The notes below the pieces were generated by a model. The model ran no database searches and was not told where the DNA came from. It saw nothing but the letters and a program-made list of their open reading frames with translations. Both the position numbers and the translations under genes were made by a program. From the NCBI GenBank assembly GCA_040006435.1, contig JBDTWZ010000001.1, positions 1 to 53,580 on the forward strand: a stretch of DNA of 53,580 nucleotides, in the 5' to 3' direction. The DNA comes from Acidobacteriota bacterium. Lineage in GTDB: Bacteria > Acidobacteriota > Blastocatellia > Pyrinomonadales > Pyrinomonadaceae. Shown here in pieces: positions 35,275 to 46,317 of this stretch (positions are counted from its first letter, which is position 1; the number at the start of each line of letters is the position of its first letter).

Positions 35275-35745
35275 ATGAAATCAAGAATAGTGGCAGGGGT
35301 GGTCGCCGGCATTATCGCCGGTGTGGTCTTTGGGATGATGATGACGATGATGTCGGCTCCAACACCCGAAGGGGGTTCGATGCCGATGATGGGCATGGTT
35401 GCGATGGTCGTGGGCTCGACAAGCCTGGTCGTCGGCTGGCTCTATCATCTGTTCAATAGTGTGGTGATCGGCGCGATCTTTGGCGGAGCGTTAGGTGGCC
35501 GAGCCGGGAGCTATGGCTCGGGTATCGGGCTTGGTGCGGTCTATGGATTTGTGTGGTGGATACTGGGAGGATTGATCCTGATGCCGATGATGCTCGGCAT
35601 GCCTATGTTCGCACCGCTGATGATGGCCCCGATGCGCATGATCGCGATGGCGAGCCTGGTCGGTCATCTCATCTTCGGAGTTATCCTCGGCGGCGCATAT
35701 GTAATGCTGTTTCGTCGCAGTTCCGACGCATCCCCGGCGGATTAA
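35275..35745 (+). CDS. Met-rich integral membrane protein
   Basis: AGAGGAGGA lies 5 nt upstream. 156 aa with four hydrophobic helices and loops rich in Met (MMMTMMS, MPMMGM, MPMFAPLMMAPMRM). Confidence 0.75.
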   Translation: MKSRIVAGVVAGIIAGVVFGMMMTMMSAPTPEGGSMPMMGMVAMVVGSTSLVVGWLYHLFNSVVIGAIFGGALGGRAGSYGSGIGLGAVYGFVWWILGGLILMPMMLGMPMFAPLMMAPMRMIAMASLVGHLIFGVILGGAYVMLFRRSSDASPAD

Positions 35746-35989
35746 CTAAATAGATCGCCAGGCAATTAGGTTTGGCGGGAATCCGATAGCCATTTAATTC
35801 GAAACCGGCACGCTGCTCACGAGCGCGCCGGTTGGAGCGCGCTCTCGTCGCTCCTGGATTCGCCAATTTGCGACCGACGAGCCTCCGAAAAGACGATCAC
35901 CACGGACAATTTGCGGCTGCTGCCAGACAATCATTTTTGATTGACGGTTGGTTCTCGTTTAATGTGAAGAAGGCACTTTCTTCAACGGC

Positions 35990-37087
35990 TTGAATGCGGG
36001 AACAATCGACCAAGAGATTATGACCGATCTGGTAGACAAAGAAATTGGCAGCTACAAGCTAGTTGAGATGATCGGTAAGGGTGGGCAGGGCCGTGTCTAC
36101 CGCGCCGTGGACCTATCAAATGACAGAGCGGCCGCGGTCAAGGTATTCACATTCCAGGGCAGTGACCGGCGCGAAAAGCTAGCCCGCTTCAAATACGAAG
36201 CCCACCTTGCATCTGCACTTGACCACCCGAACATATGCACCGTCTACGAGCTGTTCGAGGATGCTGATCACACATACATGGTGATGGAACATGTGGACGG
36301 CAAGAACCTGTTTGAACTCGCGTTTGCGCGGCCGCTGGCAGTGACGAGCGCTCTGAGCATCGCGATCCAGGTCACGGACGCGTTGACCGCCGCCCACGCG
36401 GCAGGCATAATTCACCGCGACATCAAGCCGAGAAACGTGATCGTCGAGGACAGCGGACGCGCTGTACTTTTGGATTTCGGGTTGGCCAAGCTTATCGAAG
36501 AGGGAGGCGCCGAAAGCGAGCAATTATCTCGGGAAACTTTCTTTGCGGATATCGAAGAGGATATTTTTGAAACGCAGGAGGGCTTCCCTATGGGAACGCC
36601 TTCCTCAAGTCCGCCGGAGATGGCGCTTGGCAGACCTAGCGATCATCGCGGCGACGTCTTCTCGACCGGGGTTCTCCTTTACCTCTCGTTGACGGGAAAG
36701 TATCCGTTCCTCGGTAAGACAAAGCGGGAAGTTCGCAAGCAAATAATCGAGGACGATCCGACGCCGATCAACGCCGCGCGCCGAGCGATCGAGGCTGTTT
36801 CTCCCGAACTGATCGCGGTCGTTGAACGCTCCATCAGCAAAGATCCCGAGAATCGATTTCAGAATATGTCCGAGATGCGCGATGCTCTTCGAAGCATCCT
36901 TTATTCGGAACTTGGCGAGACGAGCGGTGTGGGTAATCTCGAAACGACAATTTTTCCTGGGGTGGCGACCAGACCGGTCCATGCTCCTCTGATTTCCACT
37001 AGAGATCGAAAAAAGGCTGTGATGATAGGAATTGCAGGGCTGATTCTCTTGCTTTTGCTCCTCGCGGCGCTCTATTTCCTGTTTTGA
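35990..37087 (+). CDS. Ser/Thr protein kinase with C-terminal membrane anchor
   Basis: GKGGQGRVY...AVK, HRDIKPRN and DFGLAK motifs, with a C-terminal helix IGIAGLILLLLLLAALYFLF. The true start may be ATG 36020. Confidence 0.85.
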   Translation: MNAGTIDQEIMTDLVDKEIGSYKLVEMIGKGGQGRVYRAVDLSNDRAAAVKVFTFQGSDRREKLARFKYEAHLASALDHPNICTVYELFEDADHTYMVMEHVDGKNLFELAFARPLAVTSALSIAIQVTDALTAAHAAGIIHRDIKPRNVIVEDSGRAVLLDFGLAKLIEEGGAESEQLSRETFFADIEEDIFETQEGFPMGTPSSSPPEMALGRPSDHRGDVFSTGVLLYLSLTGKYPFLGKTKREVRKQIIEDDPTPINAARRAIEAVSPELIAVVERSISKDPENRFQNMSEMRDALRSILYSELGETSGVGNLETTIFPGVATRPVHAPLISTRDRKKAVMIGIAGLILLLLLLAALYFLF

Positions 37088-37099
37088 GGATTAAAACCG

Positions 37100-38536
37100 A
37101 TGAGTTCTCTTCGTATGAAAAAAGATCATTCACAAGCCAGTTTTCTTCTAAATGTTTCGACATATTTTGACCGAGCGGCTCTTCTGACCGGACATCCCGA
37201 AGATCTGCTGAAGCAGATCAAGACGTGCAACAGCATGTATCATTTTCGTTTCCCTGTCCGCACGACGCGCGGCTTCGAGGTCATCGACGGATGGCGTGCG
37301 GAACACAGCCACCACAAGTTGCCGACAAAGGGCGGCATACGTTTTTCGGAAGACGCCAATGAAGACGAGGTCGCGGCATTGGCCGCATTGATGACCTATA
37401 AATGCGCCGTAGTCGATGTACCTTTCGGCGGCGCCAAGGGAGCGATCCGCATCGACCCGTCAAAATATACGGTTGGCGAGTTGGAAAATATTACCCGCCG
37501 GTACACGCACGAACTTGTTCGAAAGAACTTTATTGGACCGGGTATCGACGTGCCCGCTCCGGACTACGGTACGGGTGCCCGTGAAATGGCGTGGATCGCT
37601 GACACTTATGCGGCGTTTCACCCGGGCGAGCTCGATGCGCTCGGCTGCGTCACCGGGAAATCGGTTTCACAGGGCGGAATTCGCGGACGTCTGGAGGCAA
37701 CAGGACGCGGTGTATTTTTTGCTCTTCGCGAAGCCTGCGCCCGGGCCGCCGACATGAAAGATCTTGGCCTCACGGCCGGCATCGAAGGCAAAAGGATCGT
37801 TGTCCAGGGACTCGGAAATGTCGGTTATCATGCGGCGCTTTTCTGCCAGACGGGCGGCGGCGTGATCGTCGGTATCGCAGAATACGAGGGCTCGATCCAC
37901 AAGGCGAGCGGCATCGAGATCCAGGATCTCATGCGGCACCGGAAAGAAAACGGTTCGATCCTCGATTATCCCGGCGCGACAAATCTGAAGAATCGCGCCG
38001 ATGGACTGGAGATCGATTGCGATATCCTTATTCCAGCCGCGCTTGAAAATCAGATAACGGCCGAGAACGCGCCGCGGATCAAGGCCCGGATCATCGCCGA
38101 AGGAGCCAACGGCCCGACAACCGCCGAGGCCGAAGCGATCTTGTTGCAGAAGGGCGTTCTAATTCTTCCGGACATCTACGCCAATGCCGGCGGCGTGACC
38201 GTCTCGTTTTTCGAATGGTTAAAGAATCTTTCTCACGTGCGGTTTGGAAGAATAGGAAAGCGTTTTGACCAGGCTTCGTTCGGAGCCGTCGTGGCCGCCG
38301 TCGAAGATATAACCGGCAAGTCGATGTCGGACCTGCAGCGAAGCGTGATCGTCCGTGGGGCCGACGAGATTGACCTCGTAAATTCAGGGCTCGAGGAAAC
38401 AATGAGTACCTCTTACGACGAGATACGCGAAATATGGAAAGCGGCTCCGGAGATTGGCGATCTCAGGACAGCAGCATTCGTGAGCGCGATAAACAAGATC
38501 GCAGTTTCTTACGGGGAACTGGGCATATTTCCTTAG
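37100..38536 (+). CDS. gdh: Glu/Leu/Phe/Val dehydrogenase family (glutamate dehydrogenase)
   Basis: KGGIRF and FGGAKG catalytic motifs, Rossmann fold VVQGLGNVG, and GAGGA upstream. Confidence 0.88.
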   Translation: MSSLRMKKDHSQASFLLNVSTYFDRAALLTGHPEDLLKQIKTCNSMYHFRFPVRTTRGFEVIDGWRAEHSHHKLPTKGGIRFSEDANEDEVAALAALMTYKCAVVDVPFGGAKGAIRIDPSKYTVGELENITRRYTHELVRKNFIGPGIDVPAPDYGTGAREMAWIADTYAAFHPGELDALGCVTGKSVSQGGIRGRLEATGRGVFFALREACARAADMKDLGLTAGIEGKRIVVQGLGNVGYHAALFCQTGGGVIVGIAEYEGSIHKASGIEIQDLMRHRKENGSILDYPGATNLKNRADGLEIDCDILIPAALENQITAENAPRIKARIIAEGANGPTTAEAEAILLQKGVLILPDIYANAGGVTVSFFEWLKNLSHVRFGRIGKRFDQASFGAVVAAVEDITGKSMSDLQRSVIVRGADEIDLVNSGLEETMSTSYDEIREIWKAAPEIGDLRTAAFVSAINKIAVSYGELGIFP

Positions 38537-38558
38537 GATTGATTCGGGACTAATTCGG

Positions 38559-39914
38559 ATGGACAATATACTCAATTATTTTCGGCTCGGCAGTGAACGA
38601 GAAGATGTCGAAAAGGTTATTGAGAATGTCGATAGCGGCGTGGAATTCAAGGGCACTAATCTCTGGATCCTCGTCTTTGCGATCTTCATAGCCTCGCTCG
38701 GCCTTAATGTTAACTCGACGGCCGTGGTGATCGGTGCGATGCTCGTGTCTCCGCTTATGGGCCCCATCATCGGGCTCGGAATGGGGATGGCGATCAACGA
38801 TCTCGCCCTACTTCGAAAGGCTCTGTTCAGCTACGCATTCGCAGCGGTTGTCGGTCTTGCGACCTCGACAGTTTTTTTCTCGCTTTCGCCGCTTACCGAT
38901 GCTTCGTCCGAGATCCTCGCCCGGACATCGCCTAACATATACGACGTATTGATCGCGCTCTTCGGTGGGTTTGCGGGTATTCTCGCCGTTGCGAGCAGGA
39001 AAAAAGCGAACGTCATCCCCGGCGTTGCTATCGCCACCGCCCTGATGCCTCCGCTCTGCACCGCGGGATTTGGTCTCGCAAACTGGAACTTCACTTTTTT
39101 TGGCGGTGCGATGTATTTGTTTGTCATCAACACCGTTTTCATAGCCCTCGCCACGCTAGTCACGGCCCGCTTTTTGAAATTCCCATATAAGCACCTTCCG
39201 GAGGAGAGAGACGAAGTGATCGCCAACCGGATAGTCTGGGGTGTCGTATTAATTACGCTGCTGCCGAGCATTTATTTTGGTTATGACATTGTTCAGCAAA
39301 ATCGTTTCCGCAATCGGGCCAATCAGTTTGTTGATAACGAGGCGGTGTTTCAAAACGACTACCTTCTCAAGAAAAATATCGATCCGAAAAAGCATCAGAT
39401 CACACTCACATATGGCGGTGAGTTTATTAACGAAACGGAGATCGAAGCTCTGCGAAGCAAGATGTCCAGATACAAACTTGATTCCGCCAAGCTCGAGATA
39501 CTTCAGGGCTTCGCATATCTGAACGACACCAAGGACTCAGACACCACCAACCAATCTGATCAGTTGACCGCTGTGCTAAATGAGAAAGAAAAGCTGATAC
39601 GGGATCTGCAGAGCCAGGTTGATGCGGCCCGTTCCGCGGAAAAGCAGGGACAACAGATACTTGCAGAACTCAGGGTACAATATCCGGAGATCGAGTCCGC
39701 TATTATCCAACCGGCCGCCGATCTGGGCGTGAGTGAGCCCCGCAAGATCTGGATCGCAATAATTCGATCGAATAAGATCATCGGCGACAAGGATCGCAAG
39801 ACAATGGGAGACTGGTTAAAGGTGAGAATCAACACCGACGCCATAAGCATGTATTTCGACGAAACGCCCGGTAAACCTCCGGACGTTTCGCAAATTAAAA
39901 AATCTGACGAGTAA
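38559..39914 (+). CDS. DUF389-type hydrophobic-domain protein with soluble C-terminal extension
   Basis: The N-terminal half matches the DUF389 pattern (NSTAVVIGAMLVSPLMGPI.G). The C-terminal part, about 200 aa, is polar and coiled-coil-like. Confidence 0.7.
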   Translation: MDNILNYFRLGSEREDVEKVIENVDSGVEFKGTNLWILVFAIFIASLGLNVNSTAVVIGAMLVSPLMGPIIGLGMGMAINDLALLRKALFSYAFAAVVGLATSTVFFSLSPLTDASSEILARTSPNIYDVLIALFGGFAGILAVASRKKANVIPGVAIATALMPPLCTAGFGLANWNFTFFGGAMYLFVINTVFIALATLVTARFLKFPYKHLPEERDEVIANRIVWGVVLITLLPSIYFGYDIVQQNRFRNRANQFVDNEAVFQNDYLLKKNIDPKKHQITLTYGGEFINETEIEALRSKMSRYKLDSAKLEILQGFAYLNDTKDSDTTNQSDQLTAVLNEKEKLIRDLQSQVDAARSAEKQGQQILAELRVQYPEIESAIIQPAADLGVSEPRKIWIAIIRSNKIIGDKDRKTMGDWLKVRINTDAISMYFDETPGKPPDVSQIKKSDE

Positions 39915-39928
39915 ACAAGGACTTTATT

Positions 39929-41710
39929 TTGAACATCGAGATCATTCTGGTTTTCGCGGTCGCTATCGGCGCCGTCATTCTATTCGCAACCGAAAAGCTT
40001 TCGGTTGACCTGATAGCTTTGCTCATAATGGCTTCGTTGCTGAGCCTTGGCATCATCAAATCGGACGAAGCGATCGCCGGGTTTAGCAACAAGGCGACCG
40101 TCACGGTCGCGGCGATGTTTGTCCTGAGCGCGGGGCTCTTTAAAACCGGAGCCGTTAGCTATCTGGCCAAGCTGACGACGATTGTTTTTAAGAAGAACTA
40201 TTGGCTCGGTTTGATCACGGTCATGGTCTCGGTCGCCTTTTTCTCGGCGTTTATCAACAACACTCCGGTCGTTGCGGTATTCATTCCGATCCTTCTCGGT
40301 GTCGCGAGGGAAATAAAGGCAAGCGCCTCAAAGCTGCTGATGCCGATGTCATTTGCTTCGATGTTCGGCGGTGTCTGCACACTGATCGGAACGTCGACCA
40401 ACATCCTTGTCAGTTCGATCGCTGAAGAAAGAGGACAGCCGGCATTCTCGATGTTTGAGATCGCGCCGCTCGGGTTGATCATGTTCACGGTCGGTATGCT
40501 CTACATGCTCCTAGTCGGGATACGATTGATTCCCGATCGCCGCCATGAAGGAGACCTTATCGAATCGTTCGATCTCCAGGAATATATAACCGAGGTTGTT
40601 TTGTTGGAGAACGCCTCCTCGGTCGGTCACGCGATCAAAGACGCGCCGATCGTCAAAGACCTTGATATTGCGATCATTGATATCCAGCGGGGAGACGAGA
40701 TGATCTCAGTGCCGTCGCCCGACTTTGTCTTGCGCGAGGGTGATGTTCTGCGAGTTCGCTGTGACCTTGAAAAGTTTAATAAGATTCAGGAGCGAAGCGG
40801 CGTTTTATTCAAGTCTCAGTTCAAATGGCACGACTCTGACGTCGAAACGACCGACGCAAAATTAGTGGAAGTTGTTGTCGTGTTCAATTCCAACCTTGTC
40901 GGAAAATCGCTCGCGGAATTACGGTTTCGGGAAACATTCGGGGCGATCGTTTTGGCCCTTCGGCATCGCGGCAAATTGATGCGCGACAAGATTGCCGATA
41001 CCAGGTTGAGTGCCGGCGACACGCTGCTATTAGAGGTCAAATCCGAGCGGATCAACGTACTGCGCCAGGATCCGTCCTTTGTCATTATTTCAGACACGGA
41101 CCAGGTCGTGTATCGCAGAAGCAGGCTTATTCCTGCACTCGTGATCGTCGCCGGTGTGATCGTAACCGCAACGCTCGGGGTAGCTCCGATCGTCGTCAGC
41201 TCGGTGATCGGAGCAATACTCCTCATACTGGTCGGCTGCATAAAAATGGAAGAGGTGTATCAGGCCATCGAATGGCGGATCATCTTTTTGCTTGCAGGTG
41301 TATTAACTCTCGAAGCCGCGATGGAGAATAGCGGAGCAGCTCCTTTGATCTCATCGACAATTATTTCCGTCGTAAGCAGTTGGGGCGGGTTGGTCGCGCT
41401 TCTATCTGCATTTTATTTGATGACTTTTGTTTTCACGGAAATGATGTCAAATAACGCGACTGCCGCGCTTTTGACACCGATCGCGATCGCCACGGCAAAC
41501 ACCCTTCATGTAAGCCCTCGCCCCTTTTTAGTTGCTGTAATGTTTGCCGCCTCGGCAAGTTTCATGACGCCCGTCGGTTATCAAACTAACACTTTGATCT
41601 ACGGGCCGGGACGATACAGATTTGCGGATTTTCTGCGCGTAGGAACTCCGCTTAATTTGTTATTTTGGATCCTCGCAACCATTTTCATTCCGTATTTTTG
41701 GAGTTTCTAA
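39929..41710 (+). CDS. SLC13/DASS family permease with central TrkA-C (RCK_C) domains
   Basis: Two transporter halves flank two soluble repeats (GHAIKD...GDVLRVRC, GKSLAEL...GDTLLLEV). TTG start. Confidence 0.8.
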   Translation: MNIEIILVFAVAIGAVILFATEKLSVDLIALLIMASLLSLGIIKSDEAIAGFSNKATVTVAAMFVLSAGLFKTGAVSYLAKLTTIVFKKNYWLGLITVMVSVAFFSAFINNTPVVAVFIPILLGVAREIKASASKLLMPMSFASMFGGVCTLIGTSTNILVSSIAEERGQPAFSMFEIAPLGLIMFTVGMLYMLLVGIRLIPDRRHEGDLIESFDLQEYITEVVLLENASSVGHAIKDAPIVKDLDIAIIDIQRGDEMISVPSPDFVLREGDVLRVRCDLEKFNKIQERSGVLFKSQFKWHDSDVETTDAKLVEVVVVFNSNLVGKSLAELRFRETFGAIVLALRHRGKLMRDKIADTRLSAGDTLLLEVKSERINVLRQDPSFVIISDTDQVVYRRSRLIPALVIVAGVIVTATLGVAPIVVSSVIGAILLILVGCIKMEEVYQAIEWRIIFLLAGVLTLEAAMENSGAAPLISSTIISVVSSWGGLVALLSAFYLMTFVFTEMMSNNATAALLTPIAIATANTLHVSPRPFLVAVMFAASASFMTPVGYQTNTLIYGPGRYRFADFLRVGTPLNLLFWILATIFIPYFWSF

Positions 41711-41758
41711 AAGGGCGAACCCATTTATCCGGTCAGAGCTTCGGGCTTTGACCGGTCG

Positions 41759-43345
41759 TCAGTCGGTCGCCGGCTCCAATCCGGTGGCGATCCTTTCGAG
41801 GGCGTGATCTACTTCGGTTACAAGTTCTTCGTAAACCGCGTCAGAGATAAAACCGCTGCTGAGCATTCCCGTTAGAGCGGCGCGTTGGGCGTTCAGCCCT
41901 TCACGGCGCGCGTCTTCGTGCTCCTCGCGCTGCAGCTCTGGATGTTCCTTGAGCAATGCGTTCTGTTGTGCAAGAGCATCTTCAACCTGCTTTTGCAGTT
42001 CCGGTTCATACTTCTGCCATATCGTCAGCGAAAATAAATTATCGCGAAACATCTCTTCAACGCGGCGAAAGGCGGCTTGCGCGGCGACAAGGCGGCCGTG
42101 ACGTCGTTCGTATTCGAGTTCGAGCTCGGGCGCCACCCCGATCCCGAGTCGCCTCAGCAAAAACTGCATCGTTGTTCCCTGCGCTAAGAGCGTGAACAGA
42201 ACGACCCCGAACGTCATGACGCGCAGGAGATCGCGATCTGCAAGGGCAAGTGGCAGGCTCAGGGCGAGGGCTAGACTTATCGCGCCGCGCAGGCCACCCC
42301 AGAACAGCACGTGCCGATACGCAAGCGGAAGCTTATCTGCCATGCGAAAGTTCGTAAGGGCGGTAAGGCCATAGACGACCACGGCCCGACTGAGCAGAAC
42401 AGCTCCTAACGCAATGAGTATAGGGACAAGGTTCGCGCCGATCTCCCGAAGGTTCACGTCCAGGCCGATCAACAGGAAGACGAGCGAATTCGCGACGAAC
42501 GCCAGGAATTCCCAGAAGTTGAAGAGGACGATTCGCGTCGTCGGCGACATCCCTTTTAAACCGATGTTTCCCGTCACGATTCCTGCCGCGACGACCGCGA
42601 GCACGCCAGAAACGTGAAATCTTTCGGCGACGAGGTATGTGCCGAAAGCGAGGACCGTCGTCAGCATTGTCTCGATAAGATAGTCATCCACGCGGGCGAT
42701 GACCTGCGCGATGATCCATCCCAGACCCACGCCCACGAGCAGCCCGCCAGCCGAAACGCGAATGAAATCGACCGCCGCTGTAAGAAAGTCGAACGATTCA
42801 CCCGTGTCGCCCGTGACCGATGCTGCGGAGGCAACGGCCGCGACGACCAGCAGTTTGAAAACTACAATCGCCGTTCCGTCGTTAAAGAGGCTCTCGCTCT
42901 CAACAAGCGTCGTGAGCCGTTTTGGTGCTCCCAAGGCTTTGAACAGCGAAACGACTGCCACCGGATCGGTCGCAGCGATGAGCGCTCCGAAAACCAAACC
43001 ACTCGACAAAGAGATTCCGACACCCCACGAGACCAACACGCCGACGACAACTGTCGTGAACAGGACGCCCGGAATCGCGAGCCCGACAATCGGACGCCAG
43101 TTTTGGCGCAAGCTTTTAAACTCGAGATGAAACGCTGCTTCGAAAACGAGGGGCGGGATAAATATCGAGAGGATAAGGCCCGGTGTGAGCTCGATCTCGA
43201 TCGGCTGCTGAAACGTGATCAGCAATCCGACGACGACAAGTGCCACGGTGTACGGGATCCTCAGACGCCTGACCGCAAGCGCGACGAGGGAAACGATCAG
43301 CAGCAGCTCGATGATGAGAGTTTCGGTCGCTAAGAATTGTTCCAT
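41759..43345 (-). CDS. Na+/H+ antiporter (CPA1/NhaP-type) with cytoplasmic C-terminal domain
   Basis: About 11 transmembrane segments, the conserved ATDPVAV motif, and a helical C-terminal tail. Confidence 0.85.
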   Translation of the reverse strand: MEQFLATETLIIELLLIVSLVALAVRRLRIPYTVALVVVGLLITFQQPIEIELTPGLILSIFIPPLVFEAAFHLEFKSLRQNWRPIVGLAIPGVLFTTVVVGVLVSWGVGISLSSGLVFGALIAATDPVAVVSLFKALGAPKRLTTLVESESLFNDGTAIVVFKLLVVAAVASAASVTGDTGESFDFLTAAVDFIRVSAGGLLVGVGLGWIIAQVIARVDDYLIETMLTTVLAFGTYLVAERFHVSGVLAVVAAGIVTGNIGLKGMSPTTRIVLFNFWEFLAFVANSLVFLLIGLDVNLREIGANLVPILIALGAVLLSRAVVVYGLTALTNFRMADKLPLAYRHVLFWGGLRGAISLALALSLPLALADRDLLRVMTFGVVLFTLLAQGTTMQFLLRRLGIGVAPELELEYERRHGRLVAAQAAFRRVEEMFRDNLFSLTIWQKYEPELQKQVEDALAQQNALLKEHPELQREEHEDARREGLNAQRAALTGMLSSGFISDAVYEELVTEVDHALERIATGLEPATD

Positions 43346-43877
43346 ATCAATTTGGCAGCGGACCTTGGATCATCGCCAACAGTCAGGCTTAGAATGACTA
43401 ATCCGTTTTATTTACCTTGAATCGATTTGATTGTTACATTATTGCACGATAGTTTTCGTCACTGTAAACAGGAATAAGTTCGCCCTTGACGATGTGATTG
43501 CTGGATCGTTTCCGCTGGCATCGGAGCACTCTGCAGCGTGTGTGATGACCGGTGCGAAAGGATTCCCACAGCGCGGCCCGCCGCTCCAAAGCGCGGTGAT
43601 TCCTTGCAGACGGCTCGCCCTAATTGCAGCATCCGTATGGGTTATCGTCGCCACTGATTTGCATTAATGATGAGGTTGTGTCATACTTATTAATGTCGGA
43701 ACACAACATGATCCGGTCGAACGCGGTCAACGCGTGATATAAACATCGCCTCTTGGCTCTTGCGCCGCTGAGTACCTCGTTCGCTTTTTTCAACGATCCC
43801 GGCTTCCGACAATCCCAAAAAGAAATCGTAAACCCGGGCGTCCGGCGCAGGGCGTCCTACAAACATAAGGAGTGTAA

Positions 43878-44189
43878 ATGTTTTTAAGTATTAGAAAGTT
43901 CTCGAATGTTAAATCGCATGACGAAGTTATCAAGAAAGTGAGGGAGGAACTGTTTCCGACCCTAAAGAAACTTCCTGGCTTCGTGAATTATTATGCGACC
44001 AAGTTTGAGGACGGCGACCTTGGTGCGATCAGCATGTTCAACACTAAGGCTGAGGCTGATAAAGCGGCAGACACTGCGACGGACTGGATCAAACAGAATC
44101 TGGCGACGCATCTGCCGAGTGAACCGATGGTCCTTCGCGGCGACGTACTGTTCAGTACCGCTGACAAGACTATTGGAGCTTCCGCATAG
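43878..44189 (+). CDS. ABM-fold (antibiotic biosynthesis monooxygenase-like) small protein
   Basis: AAGGAG upstream. 103 aa with a ferredoxin-like beta-alpha-beta pattern. A hairpin follows. Confidence 0.6.
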   Translation: MFLSIRKFSNVKSHDEVIKKVREELFPTLKKLPGFVNYYATKFEDGDLGAISMFNTKAEADKAADTATDWIKQNLATHLPSEPMVLRGDVLFSTADKTIGASA

Positions 44190-44211
44190 ACTGCGTTGAG
44201 GCTCGACGTTT

Positions 44212-44245
44212 GGGCGCGTGTGGCATGCCATGCGCGCCCCTTTTT
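44212..44245 (+). terminator. rho-independent terminator
   Basis: GGGCGCG (44212-18) ... CGCGCCC (44233-39) followed by CTTTTTATTT. Confidence 0.7.
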
Positions 44246-44303
44246 ATTTAAAAGTTCGGAGTCCGCGCTGTAATACCCGCTGTTCGTGAGGACCTGGATC
44301 CCG

Positions 44304-44876
44304 CTATTTCCGTAGCTTCCGCATCGTTATCGTCGTTAGCGGTTTCTTATTCGACATAATTCGACTGTACGCGACCCAATAACCCGCCGCCCGATAACGA
44401 ATCAACTTATAAATGCCGCCGTCCTTTTTCGTCACCACCTTTACATCGGGGCCGAAGATGTCCTCAAATTTCGGAACGTCCGCATCTCCATTTGAATAGC
44501 TCAGAGCTACGGTGCGAACCTTTCCCCGCGCATCGAGTCCGATCTGTGCGGACTCGTTCTCCGAGAACAAATAGTACATTCCGGTTTCGTCTCCCGAATC
44601 GGGCTTTCCAAGCTTGTCCTTTACTTCGTCGCTCGTCATTCCAAGCGAGATGCCTTTCAGCTCCGTTACAAAAGGAGTCAACGGGGTCGGTGTCGGCATC
44701 GGTGTCGGCTTCGGTGTCGCCATCGGCGTCGGTGCTGGCGTCGCGGTCGGCGTCGGCTTAGACATCGTATCCTGGCCGAACGCCGTCGTCCCGATGATAA
44801 GTAATGTAGCCGCAAGTAATGCCGCTCTGGCTGTAAAGCTTGAAATTATTTTCCTGAAATCCTGTTTCTCTCTCAT
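44304..44876 (-). CDS. exported protein with Pro/Thr linker and BamE/SmpA-like domain
   Basis: Signal-anchor, TPTATPAPTPMATPKPTPMPTPTP linker, and a GMTSDEVKDKLGKPD motif. Confidence 0.65.
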   Translation of the reverse strand: MREKQDFRKIISSFTARAALLAATLLIIGTTAFGQDTMSKPTPTATPAPTPMATPKPTPMPTPTPLTPFVTELKGISLGMTSDEVKDKLGKPDSGDETGMYYLFSENESAQIGLDARGKVRTVALSYSNGDADVPKFEDIFGPDVKVVTKKDGGIYKLIRYRAAGYWVAYSRIMSNKKPLTTITMRKLRK

Positions 44877-45063
44877 AGAATTATCCTCTTCCGCTTACCT
44901 AAGCCCTATAGATCCGGTTCTCGGAAACGCCTACTGGTTCGCAACGACATGTGGAGATAGGATACACCGTAATCCGTCATGGCGTGATGCAAACGACTCC
45001 GTCACGACCGCAAAGCTCTCCAAAACAACGTTCCGCACTTCCATCAAAATATTGAATGTTACA

Positions 45064-46308
45064 ATGTCAGCGAACATGCCCAAACACGTCGGCATCGCAT
45101 TTGTCACGGGACGCAAGCACTTTCAAAATGTGCTTCGCTCGTATGTCAACAACTGGCTCGAACATGGCTTGATCGACGATAAGAGCGTCCGCTTACATCT
45201 TTTCGTCGTTTACGACGTTAGTTATTCCAACACTGAACCAAGCGACTACAAGAACATTCCCGCGGAATTGAGGGAGATGGTCGAGTCGATCAATTTTTAC
45301 GGCCGCGAGGCTTTGGACGATGAGCGCCGGACGTTGATCCACGAAGGAGTTATCGACGACGCGGAAGGCGATCTTCTCTTCGGCGAAGGTTACGCGAAAA
45401 AGAGAAATGCGGCTCTTTATTTCGCGAGCAAGAACGGGATGGACCGTCTTCTATTCATCGACGATGACGAGTATCCGATAGCGGTCTTAAGAAACAAGGC
45501 AAACAATCTAATCTGGATGGGTCAAAGCATCCTCGGCCCACATCTGAAATTCGGCGAGAACGCCGACATTACCCACGGTCATCACTGCGGATACATTTCG
45601 CCGATACCCCGCTTAGAGTTCAACCGTACCCTTACCGAAAACGATTTCCGCGACTTCATCGATGCGACCAGCAACGACATCGTCACGTGGGCGAAGGTCA
45701 AGGAAACGATTATCGGCAACAACGGCGTGACCTATGCCGATGGAGAAATTATCGATCGACAAATAACGTCCGAGGTTCTCGAGACGACGGGGATGAAGTT
45801 CATTTCCGGTGCGAATCTTTGCTTTAATCTCAAGCGGCTTCATAGCCTTCCGGTTTTCTACAATCCGCCCGGAGCCCGCGGCGAAGACGCGTTCATGAGT
45901 ACGACGCTTACCGATCACAAGGTCGTAAAAGTTCCCTGCTACACATTTCACGACGCGTTTCTGGAGTACAAAAATATTTTGAATGGAGTGCTGCCCGTCG
46001 AACTTAGCGGCGTCGACGCTCACTCGCCGGCGGTTCGCCAGCGATTCATACGAGCGGCAATAGGATGGATTCGTTATAAGCCGCTGCTTACGTTAATAAC
46101 TCAACCGGAAAAGTACGATTCGATAATCGAAGAAATGACGCGAAAGCTGGACTCCGCAATTCCGAAGCTCTGCAGGTATTTCGATACCCCGCAGTTTGAA
46201 GGTGTTCAGACCGAAATGCGGCGATACCATCGCAACGTACGTCGGCATCATCGCACCTTCGAAGCCACTCGCACAGCATGGGCCAAGGTTACAAAAGCGC
46301 TACTTTAG
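45064..46308 (+). CDS. GT-A-like (DxD) protein of unknown specificity
   Basis: LFIDDDEYP (DxD-like) and ARGEDAF motifs. Start set to ATG 45064, because the upstream part of the ORF is antisense to the preceding gene. AT-richer than its surroundings. Confidence 0.6.
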   Translation: MSANMPKHVGIAFVTGRKHFQNVLRSYVNNWLEHGLIDDKSVRLHLFVVYDVSYSNTEPSDYKNIPAELREMVESINFYGREALDDERRTLIHEGVIDDAEGDLLFGEGYAKKRNAALYFASKNGMDRLLFIDDDEYPIAVLRNKANNLIWMGQSILGPHLKFGENADITHGHHCGYISPIPRLEFNRTLTENDFRDFIDATSNDIVTWAKVKETIIGNNGVTYADGEIIDRQITSEVLETTGMKFISGANLCFNLKRLHSLPVFYNPPGARGEDAFMSTTLTDHKVVKVPCYTFHDAFLEYKNILNGVLPVELSGVDAHSPAVRQRFIRAAIGWIRYKPLLTLITQPEKYDSIIEEMTRKLDSAIPKLCRYFDTPQFEGVQTEMRRYHRNVRRHHRTFEATRTAWAKVTKALL

Positions 46309-46317
46309 ATCTCATCC

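Noticed and set aside
44614-45063. N-terminal 150 codons of ORF 44614..46308 (GVGVGIGVGFGV...)
   Set aside because: It is antisense to the Pro/Thr-linker gene 44304..44876. The Gly/Val repeats are the mirror translation of the PTPTP linker. The real start was taken as ATG 45064.
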